Source of the DNA: a virus
IMG/VR virus record: IMGVR_UViG_3300022774_000002
Reading direction: 5' to 3' (one strand)
Length of the DNA stretch: 64,000 bases
Shown: positions 22,364 through 30,357 of the stretch, piece after piece
How the letters are laid out: each line of letters opens with the position of its first letter
How positions within the stretch are numbered: position 1 is the stretch's first letter
The notes under the pieces: model-generated
Seen by the model: only the letters and a program-made list of their open reading frames with translations
The model's database searches: none
Told to the model about the DNA's origin: nothing
Translations under genes and position numbers: made by a program

Positions 22364-22392
22364 ATCTTACCATGTCCTAACATTTTTGTCAA
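22364..22392 (-). promoter_or_regulatory. candidate sigma70-type promoter for the leftward (early) operon
   Basis: The minus strand reads TTGACA (22392-22387), a 17-nt spacer, then TAAGAT (22369-22364). By-eye match only. Confidence 0.35.
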
Positions 22393-22487
22393 GGTTTTTG
22401 TTGAAGTGTTTTGATATTTTTACATGATTCACACATTTTGCTGTAGGTTTTTGATGTTCAATTCTGGTATTTTGTGTTGAAGTCTAT

Positions 22488-22525
22488 TTTGAGTTTTACG
22501 AAAGTGGACTAACGTAAAACTCAAA
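22488..22525. repeat. 13-bp perfect inverted repeat with 12-nt spacer in the divergent control region
   Basis: TTTGAGTTTTACG (22488-22500), aaagtggactaa, CGTAAAACTCAAA (22513-22525). Confidence 0.85.
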
Positions 22526-22544
22526 GCAAAATACAACGAGATCA

Positions 22545-22586
22545 ACAGATTTTACGGATTTTCACAGATTTCACGGATTTCACGAC
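22545..22586. repeat. 4.5 tandem copies of a 9-10-bp unit ACRGATTTY (iteron/operator-like)
   Basis: ACAGATTTT ACGGATTTTC ACAGATTTC ACGGATTTC ACGAC, about one unit per helical turn. Confidence 0.8.
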
Positions 22587-22717
22587 ATCCAGACTGGAAA
22601 TCAATACCAAAAGCAGTCGAATTCGACACGGGGTAGGGGTATAGGTCGAAAAAATCACGGGGGGTCGCACAACGGCATAACGGGCAGGACTAACCAACGA
22701 CAAAATACAGAAATAAA

Positions 22718-22746
22718 TTAGAAAAAAATAATTTTTCAGGTATAAT
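22718..22746 (+). promoter_or_regulatory. candidate sigma70-type promoter for the rightward accessory genes
   Basis: TTAGAA (22718-22723), a 17-nt spacer, then a perfect TATAAT (22741-22746), 33 nt upstream of the ATG at 22779. Confidence 0.45.
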
Positions 22747-22778
22747 CTTTACAGATTACAAAATAATAGGGAAAAAAT

Positions 22779-23081
22779 ATGCAGTTTATTGATGAAAAAC
22801 TAAAAGGTATACCAACAATATACTTTCGGATGCATTCATTAGAACGAGAAAAGGATTTTGTTATAAGAGTTTCAAAAAATGTTTTACACAAAAAGAGAGG
22901 ATTAGAACAAACAATCGTCTTGTATTTCCCAAGATCGATTATAATGGAGGAAAGAAGGTCAATTGGTAGAAGAATTAAGAAAAATTGTTCTTATTCATAT
23001 AAAGTTATGAATAAGATTGTACGTTTCTATTTTGTAGTTAGTTATGGTAATATCAAAGATAAACACAAGTATATTATATAG
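22779..23081 (+). CDS. hypothetical basic protein, AT-rich gene
   Basis: 100-aa K/R/I-rich ORF, visibly more AT-rich than the flanking modules. Confidence 0.5.
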   Translation: MQFIDEKLKGIPTIYFRMHSLEREKDFVIRVSKNVLHKKRGLEQTIVLYFPRSIIMEERRSIGRRIKKNCSYSYKVMNKIVRFYFVVSYGNIKDKHKYII

Positions 23082-23089
23082 GGGATTTT

Positions 23090-23371
23090 ATGCATATTAT
23101 TGATCTTGATGAACATTTGGAGAACATACCTGGATACCGAATCCAGTCTAAGAATATAAAAAAACCAGAACTTCTTGATGTTGTCGCACTTCTATATGAC
23201 TTTGAAGAGCATGGACTATCACGGGGTGAGGTTGGCACGATTGTTGAGTTGTTGGATAATGGAAACGCTTATGAAGTAGAATTCAGCGATGAAAACGGAA
23301 GAATGTACGTAAGTACTTCCTTTCTCGCAACAGATTTATTAGTTATATTACCAAAAGGAAAGCGTAAATGA
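23090..23371 (+). CDS. DUF4926-like small protein
   Basis: DVVALLYDFEEHGLSRGEVGTIVELLDNGNAYEVEFSDENGRMY fits my recollection of the DUF4926 pattern. Translationally coupled (ATGA) to the next gene. Confidence 0.55.
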   Translation: MHIIDLDEHLENIPGYRIQSKNIKKPELLDVVALLYDFEEHGLSRGEVGTIVELLDNGNAYEVEFSDENGRMYVSTSFLATDLLVILPKGKRK

Positions 23372-23832
23372 ATAAAAAGCCTATGATTTACTTCGCTATC
23401 CCGTATTCTGATGATGATAAGAATATCAGGCAGCACAGATTTGAAATAGCTCGCACTATTACCGCCCAAATTATCAATGAACAGAACTATATTATACCGT
23501 TTAGTCCCGTTGTATATACCCACGATCTCAGTCAATATGTAGGGAGTGAACATGATTGGTATGAATGGGATTTACAGTTCTTGGCAAGATGTGATGCAAT
23601 GGTGGTTATTCAGTTGGAAGGGTGGGAAGTGTCTTACGGTGTTCAAAAGGAGATAAAGTTTTGCGAAGAAAACGGATTACCGATCCTATATGTTGCTATT
23701 GATGAAATAGATACGTTCATAAAACATAGCAATTTCAGAGGATTTTTAGATGCTTTTGATGCAGAAGAAAAAACTTTATATGAACACCCTGATGGCACAC
23801 AAAGTATGTTACTTACAGATATTAAACCCTAA
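23368..23832 (+). CDS. nucleoside 2-deoxyribosyltransferase-like (DUF1937/DUF4406-type) protein
   Basis: IYFAIPYSDDD near the N-terminus and CDAMVVIQLEGWEVSYGVQKEIKFCEENGLPI fit the fold family pattern (xYxAxPY ... cDxxxxLxGWxxSxGxxxEI). Needs an HMM check. Confidence 0.55.
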   Translation: MNKKPMIYFAIPYSDDDKNIRQHRFEIARTITAQIINEQNYIIPFSPVVYTHDLSQYVGSEHDWYEWDLQFLARCDAMVVIQLEGWEVSYGVQKEIKFCEENGLPILYVAIDEIDTFIKHSNFRGFLDAFDAEEKTLYEHPDGTQSMLLTDIKP

Positions 23833-23850
23833 AGGAAATCTCTTACTCAA

Positions 23851-24375
23851 TCAACCGCCTTGTAGCAAAGTAATAGAGTCTATAGCAGATATATCCCAAA
23901 TACAACCACTCGCACAATCCCACGTATAATACCAACGAAAATCCTTGTCCAGCCGTACAGACCACTGATAAGGTGCTATGATGATACCCTGATAGTCTAA
24001 AGCAACTTTCTGCCATAAAATCGCAAGTGAACGAAGCACCGGCTCTTTGTCATACAACAAATACCTTTTATTAAACTCATACATCTTGGCAACAGTGTCT
24101 AATACCAATAAGTTCACACACGATTCTAACTTCACATGATACTTGTAAGTTAAAAGCTGACCTCCAAAAGATTCTTGTTCCAAGTAGTCGCGCCAACTGC
24201 CATCAAACTCTTGATTGTCATCTTCTGGGGAAAACCAAAAACCATCCGGTTTCATGAAAGGACGTAAGTGGTATTTGCCAAACTCTCGGCTTTCATCGTA
24301 AGTGTCGCTAAATAATAATTCATATTGGTCGATATGGATGATCGGTAGGCGTGAATAGTGGTAGAGATTGTTCAT
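23851..24375 (-). CDS. hypothetical Trp/Tyr-rich protein
   Basis: 174-aa ORF, convergent with 23368..23832. No family recognised. Confidence 0.55.
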   Translation of the reverse strand: MNNLYHYSRLPIIHIDQYELLFSDTYDESREFGKYHLRPFMKPDGFWFSPEDDNQEFDGSWRDYLEQESFGGQLLTYKYHVKLESCVNLLVLDTVAKMYEFNKRYLLYDKEPVLRSLAILWQKVALDYQGIIIAPYQWSVRLDKDFRWYYTWDCASGCIWDISAIDSITLLQGG

Positions 24376-24445
24376 CTAAATGTTACGGATAGAAAGCAAT
24401 AATAAGCATAGAATAACAATAATAAATACAATCTGAAACATAAAA

Positions 24446-24724
24446 TCAATATATATCTTCCTCTAATATCGCATCAACTTCTGATAACACCACATCTATT
24501 TGACAGTCAGGACAGTGTTCTTGGGGCAAACTTTCAGGATCAATGCCTTTGTAATATTCATGCATCGGATCTTCCGGATCACAGGTCCGTTGTATATGCT
24601 CAAGAAAATCTGTATCAATAGCCATTATCCGGTTTTCTGTGCATTCCAAAACAATATCACCACAATCCGGGCATCGAGTCGCTTTGCCATCCTTCTTAAC
24701 TCTAACAAATGTGAGTTCTTGCAT
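24446..24724 (-). CDS. zinc-ribbon protein
   Basis: 92 aa with two CPDC motifs (CPDCGDIVLEC ... CPDCQ). Confidence 0.55.
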   Translation of the reverse strand: MQELTFVRVKKDGKATRCPDCGDIVLECTENRIMAIDTDFLEHIQRTCDPEDPMHEYYKGIDPESLPQEHCPDCQIDVVLSEVDAILEEDIY

Positions 24725-25000
24725 CGTTTATATCTTACCCCTGTTTGTCCAAATTACACGCTTTTTCGTCGTAAACATTTCGGAGTCCCAACTCTCTTTA
24801 AACTTAAAATTTAAATTTGTTCCTTACTATTAAGTTATTTAAAAGAATACTTAAGAATATTCTTGTCGAAAACTAAATTAAAACAACTATCCCAGTCCCA
24901 GGCTAAATTGATACCGACCTCTCAAATTTTGCAGTAATTTTCTCACACTTTAATTGTTAATATATTACGTTTTCATATTAAGCCTTTCAACCTTAAATCT

Positions 25001-25068
25001 TAAGTCACAATGTTAATAAGTCATTTTGCTGATATGCCAAAGAATTTTTCCTGATTTGCCGAAGATTC
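25001..25068. repeat. repeat cluster downstream of the Rep-like gene: two TAAGTCA boxes plus an 18-bp imperfect direct repeat
   Basis: TAAGTCAC (25001-25008) and TAAGTCAT (25017-25024). CTGATATGCCAAAGAATT (25029-25046) versus CTGATTTGCCGAAGATTC (25051-25068), 22 bp apart. Confidence 0.7.
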
Positions 25069-25106
25069 ACTACGTCAGCAACCTCGTAGTAGAACCTCTA
25101 AGGCAC

Positions 25107-26051
25107 TTAAGCAAACGAAAGATGTTCCCGAATCGGTAACGTTTCACGATCCACACCTTCAAAGACACGACGACGATCTGAAGCCGGAGCTTCACGCCCC
25201 ATCAGATCCGCAAACTTTTGAAGCGATTCCCGGCGAAGCTTATCTACATCTTCACCTAAAAGACGCCACGCATTTTCTATTATCTCATGCGCAATACCCT
25301 TCAAATCAATACCAAGGCATTCGTATAAAGCAAGAAGTTTCTCTTTCATACGGTCTTTGGAATCCTTACGACCCTCCGCTTTCGCTAAACGCATCTGTTG
25401 AAATACGCCATTCGCCAAAGCAACAAACGGAAAACGACCCATAACATCATAGTCCGTCTTCGTTTGACTCACACCTATCTCATTAAAATGAGAAAAACCT
25501 TTCGATGCCCACGTGCGATGGATTCCTGATAAATCTGCCCATTCACACGGACGCTTTTCATGCAAAACACCTGTCTGAACATCTACATTCAAACAACAAG
25601 CAAGCATCAAACGGAGATGACCACCACTCGTCTCACCACTAATATGAGACGCTAACGCCAAATGGTGAATCATACCAACAGGCATAGAATGACCACACAA
25701 ATCTTCTTCACTCAACTTGCCAGACTTCCACTTATCCAAAACACACGATGGCAACATATCCTTGGCAAGAATACGACCAGAGACCTTCCCATGACGCAAC
25801 TTCAAATTCGCAAAGCCTAAATCACGGAGAATACGGATAGAAATATAAATCTGAGCATCGCAACAACCTAACTCACGCGCACGATCCTTAACCTTAAACT
25901 TGTGGATAAATCCACGAGAAGCATCCATATTACCCAACATACACAACGCTAACAAAATAGGAATACGACTGAGTTCATGCTTCTTACATAAATCCAAAAA
26001 ACCATGCGTAAACATAATAACGGGTAAACTAAATTTGAGATCTTGCATCAT
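25107..26051 (-). CDS. putative winged-helix DNA-binding protein (replication-initiator-like, low confidence on function)
   Basis: Start moved to the ATG at 26051 (AAGGAGG SD, 8-nt spacer). 314 aa. Two segments resemble wHTH units (ELSRIPILLALCML...; DAQIYISIRILRDLGF). Flanked on both sides by AAGTCA-type repeats. Confidence 0.6.
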   Translation of the reverse strand: MMQDLKFSLPVIMFTHGFLDLCKKHELSRIPILLALCMLGNMDASRGFIHKFKVKDRARELGCCDAQIYISIRILRDLGFANLKLRHGKVSGRILAKDMLPSCVLDKWKSGKLSEEDLCGHSMPVGMIHHLALASHISGETSGGHLRLMLACCLNVDVQTGVLHEKRPCEWADLSGIHRTWASKGFSHFNEIGVSQTKTDYDVMGRFPFVALANGVFQQMRLAKAEGRKDSKDRMKEKLLALYECLGIDLKGIAHEIIENAWRLLGEDVDKLRRESLQKFADLMGREAPASDRRRVFEGVDRETLPIREHLSFA

Positions 26052-26089
26052 TGAAAGATCCTCCTTAAAATATTTTTTAAAAAAAACAT

Positions 26090-26119
26090 TTGACAAACAC
26101 TAACAAAATTTGATAAAAT
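26090..26119 (+). promoter_or_regulatory. strong sigma70-like promoter with extended -10, firing into the ORF-free iteron region
   Basis: Perfect TTGACA (26090-26095), an 18-nt spacer ending TGa, then TAAAAT (26114-26119). The 14-mer AACATTTGACAAAC recurs at 26181-26194. Confidence 0.5.
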
Positions 26120-26203
26120 ACTATCAGTTTCAACACTTACTAACTGGGACATTTAGGTTTTTATTCATTAAAAATCCTTAAACATTTGACAAACTTTTAC
26201 AAA

Positions 26204-26250
26204 AAGTCCTTAAGTCATTAAGTCCTTTTTGAAGTCATTAAGTCCTTTTT
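26204..26250. repeat. iteron array: five tandem AAGTCMTT units (two 20-bp units GAAGTCATTAAGTCCTTTTT)
   Basis: AAGTCCTT AAGTCATT AAGTCCTTTTT g AAGTCATT AAGTCCTTTTT. Confidence 0.85.
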
Positions 26251-26572
26251 GGGATTCAAAAACATCTTTACTTGGGGTTATTCTCCAGTTATATAGTAAG
26301 GGGGTTTTGAGTCTTACTCTCTCTTGTAAGTAAGTAAAAAGTGTATTACACTTTCTGAGACTGATTGATCTCTGAATATACCATCTGGGTCACTTTGGTC
26401 GGCGTCCACAAATGGCTTTTTATTCGGGGTCATTCCAGGGCGCAATCTTCCTCTCTTTCCTCCAATATACTCTCATTTTTTACGATATACTTCATTTCTT
26501 AAGTGCCAACTTGTTATAAAATCCATTAAATCCGTGCTATATCCTAACAATTTAACACTTTTATGTCAACGA

Positions 26573-26585
26573 TTTTTTTTTTTTT
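26573..26585. repeat. T13 homopolymer
   Basis: Thirteen consecutive T at 26573-26585, about 30 nt beyond the stop of 26614..27120. Confidence 0.9.
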
Positions 26586-26613
26586 CGTAAAAATGGAATA
26601 TCATATTGTTATA

Positions 26614-27120
26614 CTACTTTTTGAAATAATCTGTCCATAAACAAAATGTATCTAAAGCAGCACTCAATACCAGCCCAATTGTCCCTACCTTTACAAGCAC
26701 ACCCAATAGCATACTTTCTGGTTTCCAAAACGCACAGATCCCCGCTAAAAGCAATTGACCTAAAGTTCTACGCAACCTAATGTCTGTCAAAAATCGAATT
26801 CTTTTCCGATTTCGTAAAACAGGTTCGGTGAGCGGTCGCCACGATGTTTGATATTTCCCATAAGTCCAGTCTGTTGTGTGTTGTGTTAACCACTCCCACG
26901 CACGCTGTGGAGATTTGAAATATTGCGGAAAAGATGTCCGAAAAACAAAAGCACGTTTTACAAATGGACATAAAACATAACCAGCATTGAGAGGACACCA
27001 CCGGACAACCCCGACAACTCTGGGTCTGTCAGGTTTAAGACGACCATCTAAAATGATTGCCCCCGGAAATGCAAACTTACAGCCGATTCCATAAAGTCTG
27101 GGTGTTTTGCGTCTTGACAT
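26614..27120 (-). CDS. hypothetical Arg/Trp-rich protein with C-terminal TM segments
   Basis: 168-aa ORF. The C-terminal LGQLLLAGICAFW and LLGVLVKVGTIGLVLSAALDTF are hydrophobic. Confidence 0.55.
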   Translation of the reverse strand: MSRRKTPRLYGIGCKFAFPGAIILDGRLKPDRPRVVGVVRWCPLNAGYVLCPFVKRAFVFRTSFPQYFKSPQRAWEWLTQHTTDWTYGKYQTSWRPLTEPVLRNRKRIRFLTDIRLRRTLGQLLLAGICAFWKPESMLLGVLVKVGTIGLVLSAALDTFCLWTDYFKK

Positions 27121-27147
27121 AATACTTTTGATGATTGATTGTGTTTA

Positions 27148-27411
27148 CTATTCCACATCCTCCGTTGCGGAATCTTGATTCAGTTCTTGATCAATTGTTT
27201 TCTCAATTATGCTTTCTTCTGTTTGTTTCCATAAAGAGAGTTGTCGCCAACGACTGATGGTTGCAGGGTGAACTTCCAGTTCACTTGATATTTTACTATC
27301 GGGTGTACCTTGAAAAGACAAATGACATGCTCTGATAACTTTTTGATAGTTTATATTTGGCAAAATAAATTCTCCTTTGTAGGTATTATGTACTATAACA
27401 TAAGATGACAT
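27148..27411 (-). CDS. putative helix-turn-helix DNA-binding protein
   Basis: 87 aa. DSKISSELEVHPATISRWRQ is HTH-like. Confidence 0.55.
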   Translation of the reverse strand: MSSYVIVHNTYKGEFILPNINYQKVIRACHLSFQGTPDSKISSELEVHPATISRWRQLSLWKQTEESIIEKTIDQELNQDSATEDVE

Positions 27412-27427
27412 AATATTGCAAATAAAC

Positions 27428-27456
27428 TTGCATAAATAATGGAAATAGTGTATAAT
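27428..27456 (+). promoter_or_regulatory. candidate sigma70-type promoter directed rightward into the 27.46-27.93 kb leader
   Basis: TTGCAT (27428-27433), a 17-nt spacer, then a perfect TATAAT (27451-27456). Confidence 0.4.
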
Positions 27457-27564
27457 ACTTGTAAAGTAATTTGTTCTTGATACTTTTTGAGCATTTTACT
27501 ACAATGAATAAAGACGTTAGAAATTCACAAACAGAGTGAGTTACGTCGGAGGTGCTTTAAGAAC

Positions 27565-27649
27565 GCACCGACAGTGATGGGATCACCGTCGATGCGTAGC
27601 ACCGACAGTGTGACTACTAATTAACACCGTCGATGCGCAGCACTGCCAG
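27565..27649 (+). repeat. tandem duplicated GC-rich stem-loop unit
   Basis: CGACAGTG-atgggat-CACCGTCG (27569-27591) and CGACAGTG-(14 nt)-CACCGTCG (27603-27632). Each is followed by ATGCG(T/C)AGCAC. GCACCGACAGTG occurs at 27565 and 27599. Confidence 0.8.
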
Positions 27650-27673
27650 ACCAGACCTGACAGCGCTGGTGTC

Positions 27674-27702
27674 TATAATAACACTTACTGACACTTGTGT
27701 CA
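27674..27702 (+). promoter_or_regulatory. TATAAT box followed by a 14-bp palindrome (operator-like)
   Basis: TATAAT (27674-27679) and TGACACTTGTGTCA (27689-27702), both inside a 12-bp imperfect inverted repeat (CGCTGGTGTCTA / TAGAGACCAGCG). No good -35 seen. Confidence 0.35.
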
Positions 27703-27928
27703 CTTGTAATAGAGACCAGCGACCTCTACAGAGATAGCATAATACATACTTTCCTTTCAAATCTCTGTGGTCTGTCTAAATAATTAACCTGCTTCGTTAT
27801 ATTAAGGAAGCACAATATGAGACAAGACTACAAAGTCTTCTCTATTACTACAATAATTGTATACAAACAGACCCTGCTTGCTTAACGCAAGTATAGGGAT
27901 AACTCTTTTATTTTAAGGAGTAAAACTC

Positions 27929-28579
27929 GTGAGAAATAAGAAGTATTGGGGGATCGCTACCCTCATTCTATTACTCGGTGTATTCGGTGTGTTCCTGTTT
28001 ATTAAGGATCGCGCTGAAATATGGCAATTCGAAGAAGGGTTAGCCGAATCGAATCAACTATTGGAACAGCATAATAAGGAAAAAACGAAACAACTTGTCG
28101 CTAAAACCGACAGCAAACCGCTTGATGAACAAAGCTTTGAGCAGGTTCAGCGCAATGACGATTCGGACAAAGTGCCAATTGCTGAACCGGATCCGCAAAT
28201 TGATGCAGTTCCTGATCAAACTCCATTGCAACCTGAAGTTGTGATACCGCATATAGAAATTCCAACAGATGCAGAACTCGCAAAGTATAGTCGAGAGGAA
28301 AGCACGGAACTTCTACTTTCAGTCTCACAGGTGCTTGATGATGTCGAAGAAATGTGGAATCAGTATGAAACGGATAGTATTGCATTATCCAGTGAAATAC
28401 AGCAAATTGCGAATGATCTCAGTTCCGGTCGCATTACTTTAAAAGAGTGGAGCGCAAAGAACAGAGAATTATTCCTGCGACAGTCCAATTTAAGGTCAAC
28501 AGGTAAAATTATTCGTGCGGAAAACGAACGCCTGTTGAAAGAAAAAGGACATATCCGACAACATATAAGGGGGTTATAA
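27929..28579 (+). CDS. membrane-anchored coiled-coil protein
   Basis: GTG start with AAGGAG SD (8-nt spacer). N-terminal TM YWGIATLILLLGVFGVFLFI, then a charged helical region. Confidence 0.65.
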   Translation: MRNKKYWGIATLILLLGVFGVFLFIKDRAEIWQFEEGLAESNQLLEQHNKEKTKQLVAKTDSKPLDEQSFEQVQRNDDSDKVPIAEPDPQIDAVPDQTPLQPEVVIPHIEIPTDAELAKYSREESTELLLSVSQVLDDVEEMWNQYETDSIALSSEIQQIANDLSSGRITLKEWSAKNRELFLRQSNLRSTGKIIRAENERLLKEKGHIRQHIRGL

Positions 28580-29650
28580 ATGAAAATAAGAATTTTTCAG
28601 GTCATATTCCCTCTGCTACTCGTTCTCAGTTTTTGTATGCCATTGCTGGCACTTACAGAAGAAGAAGCTAAAGATGCTTATATTGAGGCAGATCATGCAT
28701 GGGATTTGGCAAATAATGAAAGGCAGACTGCCTTTGAGGGATACGGTCTTGCTAATGATGGATTAGGTATTCTTTCGTCTATGAAGAGTATTGCCGAGTA
28801 TGCATCTGCTGATAACACAGAAGACCTTATCAAGGATTTAGTCGACATTCTTGATGCCGTTGGCTTAGATTTGTTGGATGTGGTAACTGACGCTTCAGCT
28901 GCTTTGATAAAGGGTGTCCAAGACGGTGTTGATTGGTTTACTCTTCGATCCCAACTTAGCGAGATAAGAAGTGCGTATACGGCTGAGCTTGCTAATGTGG
29001 CAAATCTACAAAGTGCATGGGAATCTGCAAAAACAAAGGCAGATGCTCTTTTGGAAAAGAAGGTAGAGGCCTTCAACATTTGGCAAGAATTAAAAAAACC
29101 TGTTACCGCCTCGTTAGAGCCCACGAACGGTTCTTACACCTGCTTCTATGGCGATTCTCACCTGGCGAAATTAACGCTAAGTAGAGGTTATAGTGAGGTG
29201 ACGTGGTCTTATCAGCCTCCGTCGACTGCAACAGGATTGAAGACCGCTCGTAACACATCTTCAGGCTCAGGTAAATCTACAGAAAGTTATGGGTACTTTC
29301 ACCCATCCAGTACTGGTGACTGGGTGATCACAGCAGAGGCAAAGATAGCCGGCAGTGGTGAGGAAGTTTCAGCGAGTTATACCCTTACTGTGCTTCCAAC
29401 GGGCATATCTTTTAACAAGATAGAATTCGAGTATCATGAAACTCTTGTTGTTACAATTCAAAGAGATGGTTTGAGTGATGCTGGCATGTCTATAGATGGT
29501 AATATAGTAGCAACAGGTTATCCGAATGAATCGGGTGAAATCGTCTTGTCTTATAGCCTTAACAAGCATAAAAACTTCTATGGTGCAGTTACTATCTATG
29601 TAGGTGGAACGATAGATTCATCACATGACCAATATATTTATGTAAAATAA
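28580..29650 (+). CDS. secreted protein (signal peptide, helical N-domain, beta-rich C-domain)
   Basis: AAGGGGG SD. MKIRIFQVIFPLLLVLSFCMPLLALT is signal-peptide-like. The C-terminal half is rich in short beta-strand-like segments. Confidence 0.65.
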   Translation: MKIRIFQVIFPLLLVLSFCMPLLALTEEEAKDAYIEADHAWDLANNERQTAFEGYGLANDGLGILSSMKSIAEYASADNTEDLIKDLVDILDAVGLDLLDVVTDASAALIKGVQDGVDWFTLRSQLSEIRSAYTAELANVANLQSAWESAKTKADALLEKKVEAFNIWQELKKPVTASLEPTNGSYTCFYGDSHLAKLTLSRGYSEVTWSYQPPSTATGLKTARNTSSGSGKSTESYGYFHPSSTGDWVITAEAKIAGSGEEVSASYTLTVLPTGISFNKIEFEYHETLVVTIQRDGLSDAGMSIDGNIVATGYPNESGEIVLSYSLNKHKNFYGAVTIYVGGTIDSSHDQYIYVK

Positions 29651-29682
29651 TATGTCCGAAGTTTTCAACTCTATATATTCAA

Positions 29683-29720
29683 GGCAGGTATCCTTTGGGT
29701 ATCTGCCTTTTTTCTTTTTC
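29683..29720 (+). terminator. rho-independent terminator
   Basis: GGCAGGTATCC-ttt-GGGTATCTGCC (11 bp including G-U pairs) followed by TTTTTTCTTTTTC. Confidence 0.8.
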
Positions 29721-29725
29721 CCTAC

Positions 29726-29992
29726 CTATTTCTTTTCTTCCAATACTTCCTGCATACCTTTTCGTACACACTTTTGAATAAACGAGAGAGTATCTCCGCC
29801 ATCTTTTTCTAAACATTCTTGAAATTGTTCATCGCTATGAAAGTTGAGTATAACGCGGCATGCTTTTCTGACTGCGTTAGAGGGCTGTGGATTTCCTGTT
29901 TCTGATATACAGTCGATATGTTCAGCGAAGTGTAATATTTTTTGATATGTTGTTTTTGGAATGGAGAGTCTTATAGAGTTTGAATGTGCCAT
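29726..29992 (-). CDS. putative ribbon-helix-helix-type regulator
   Basis: 88 aa. The N-terminal SIRLSIPKTTYQKILHFAEH resembles an RHH beta-strand/helix start. Isolated minus-strand gene between two plus-strand units. Confidence 0.45.
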   Translation of the reverse strand: MAHSNSIRLSIPKTTYQKILHFAEHIDCISETGNPQPSNAVRKACRVILNFHSDEQFQECLEKDGGDTLSFIQKCVRKGMQEVLEEKK

Positions 29993-30357
29993 GTCTCTAT
30001 TATATTTTATTTTGAATATTTTTAACAGATGTAGTGTGGAATTATGTCCTTACTTGTACGGAACTGACAGGATATTGTCCAATTTTCTTATTTGGCATAT
30101 TGCGTATTTATTGTGTAATAGACTAATCTATTATTATACCTGTTGTGTAGTGCTATGTCAATTGTTGCTAATTTTAAATTAACGTTATGTTTTAGCTTGA
30201 TTATCACGATTTTATCTATTTTTATTTTGTGTTCAAAATGCTAAACGAAAACCATAAAAAAATGTGTAGTTGTGGTTTTGCAAAATGCGATAAACCTTTT
30301 GTTTATCACATTCTTACCTAAAATCTGGACCATAACTTTTTGTAAAAGATTAGTTTT

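Noticed and set aside
27565-27649. A mini CRISPR array (repeated CACCGTCGATGCGYAGCAC units).
   Set aside because: There are only two full copies, and the intervening unique sequence is 14 nt. The units are themselves stem-loops, and no cas genes are in the window. I treat them as duplicated regulatory hairpins.
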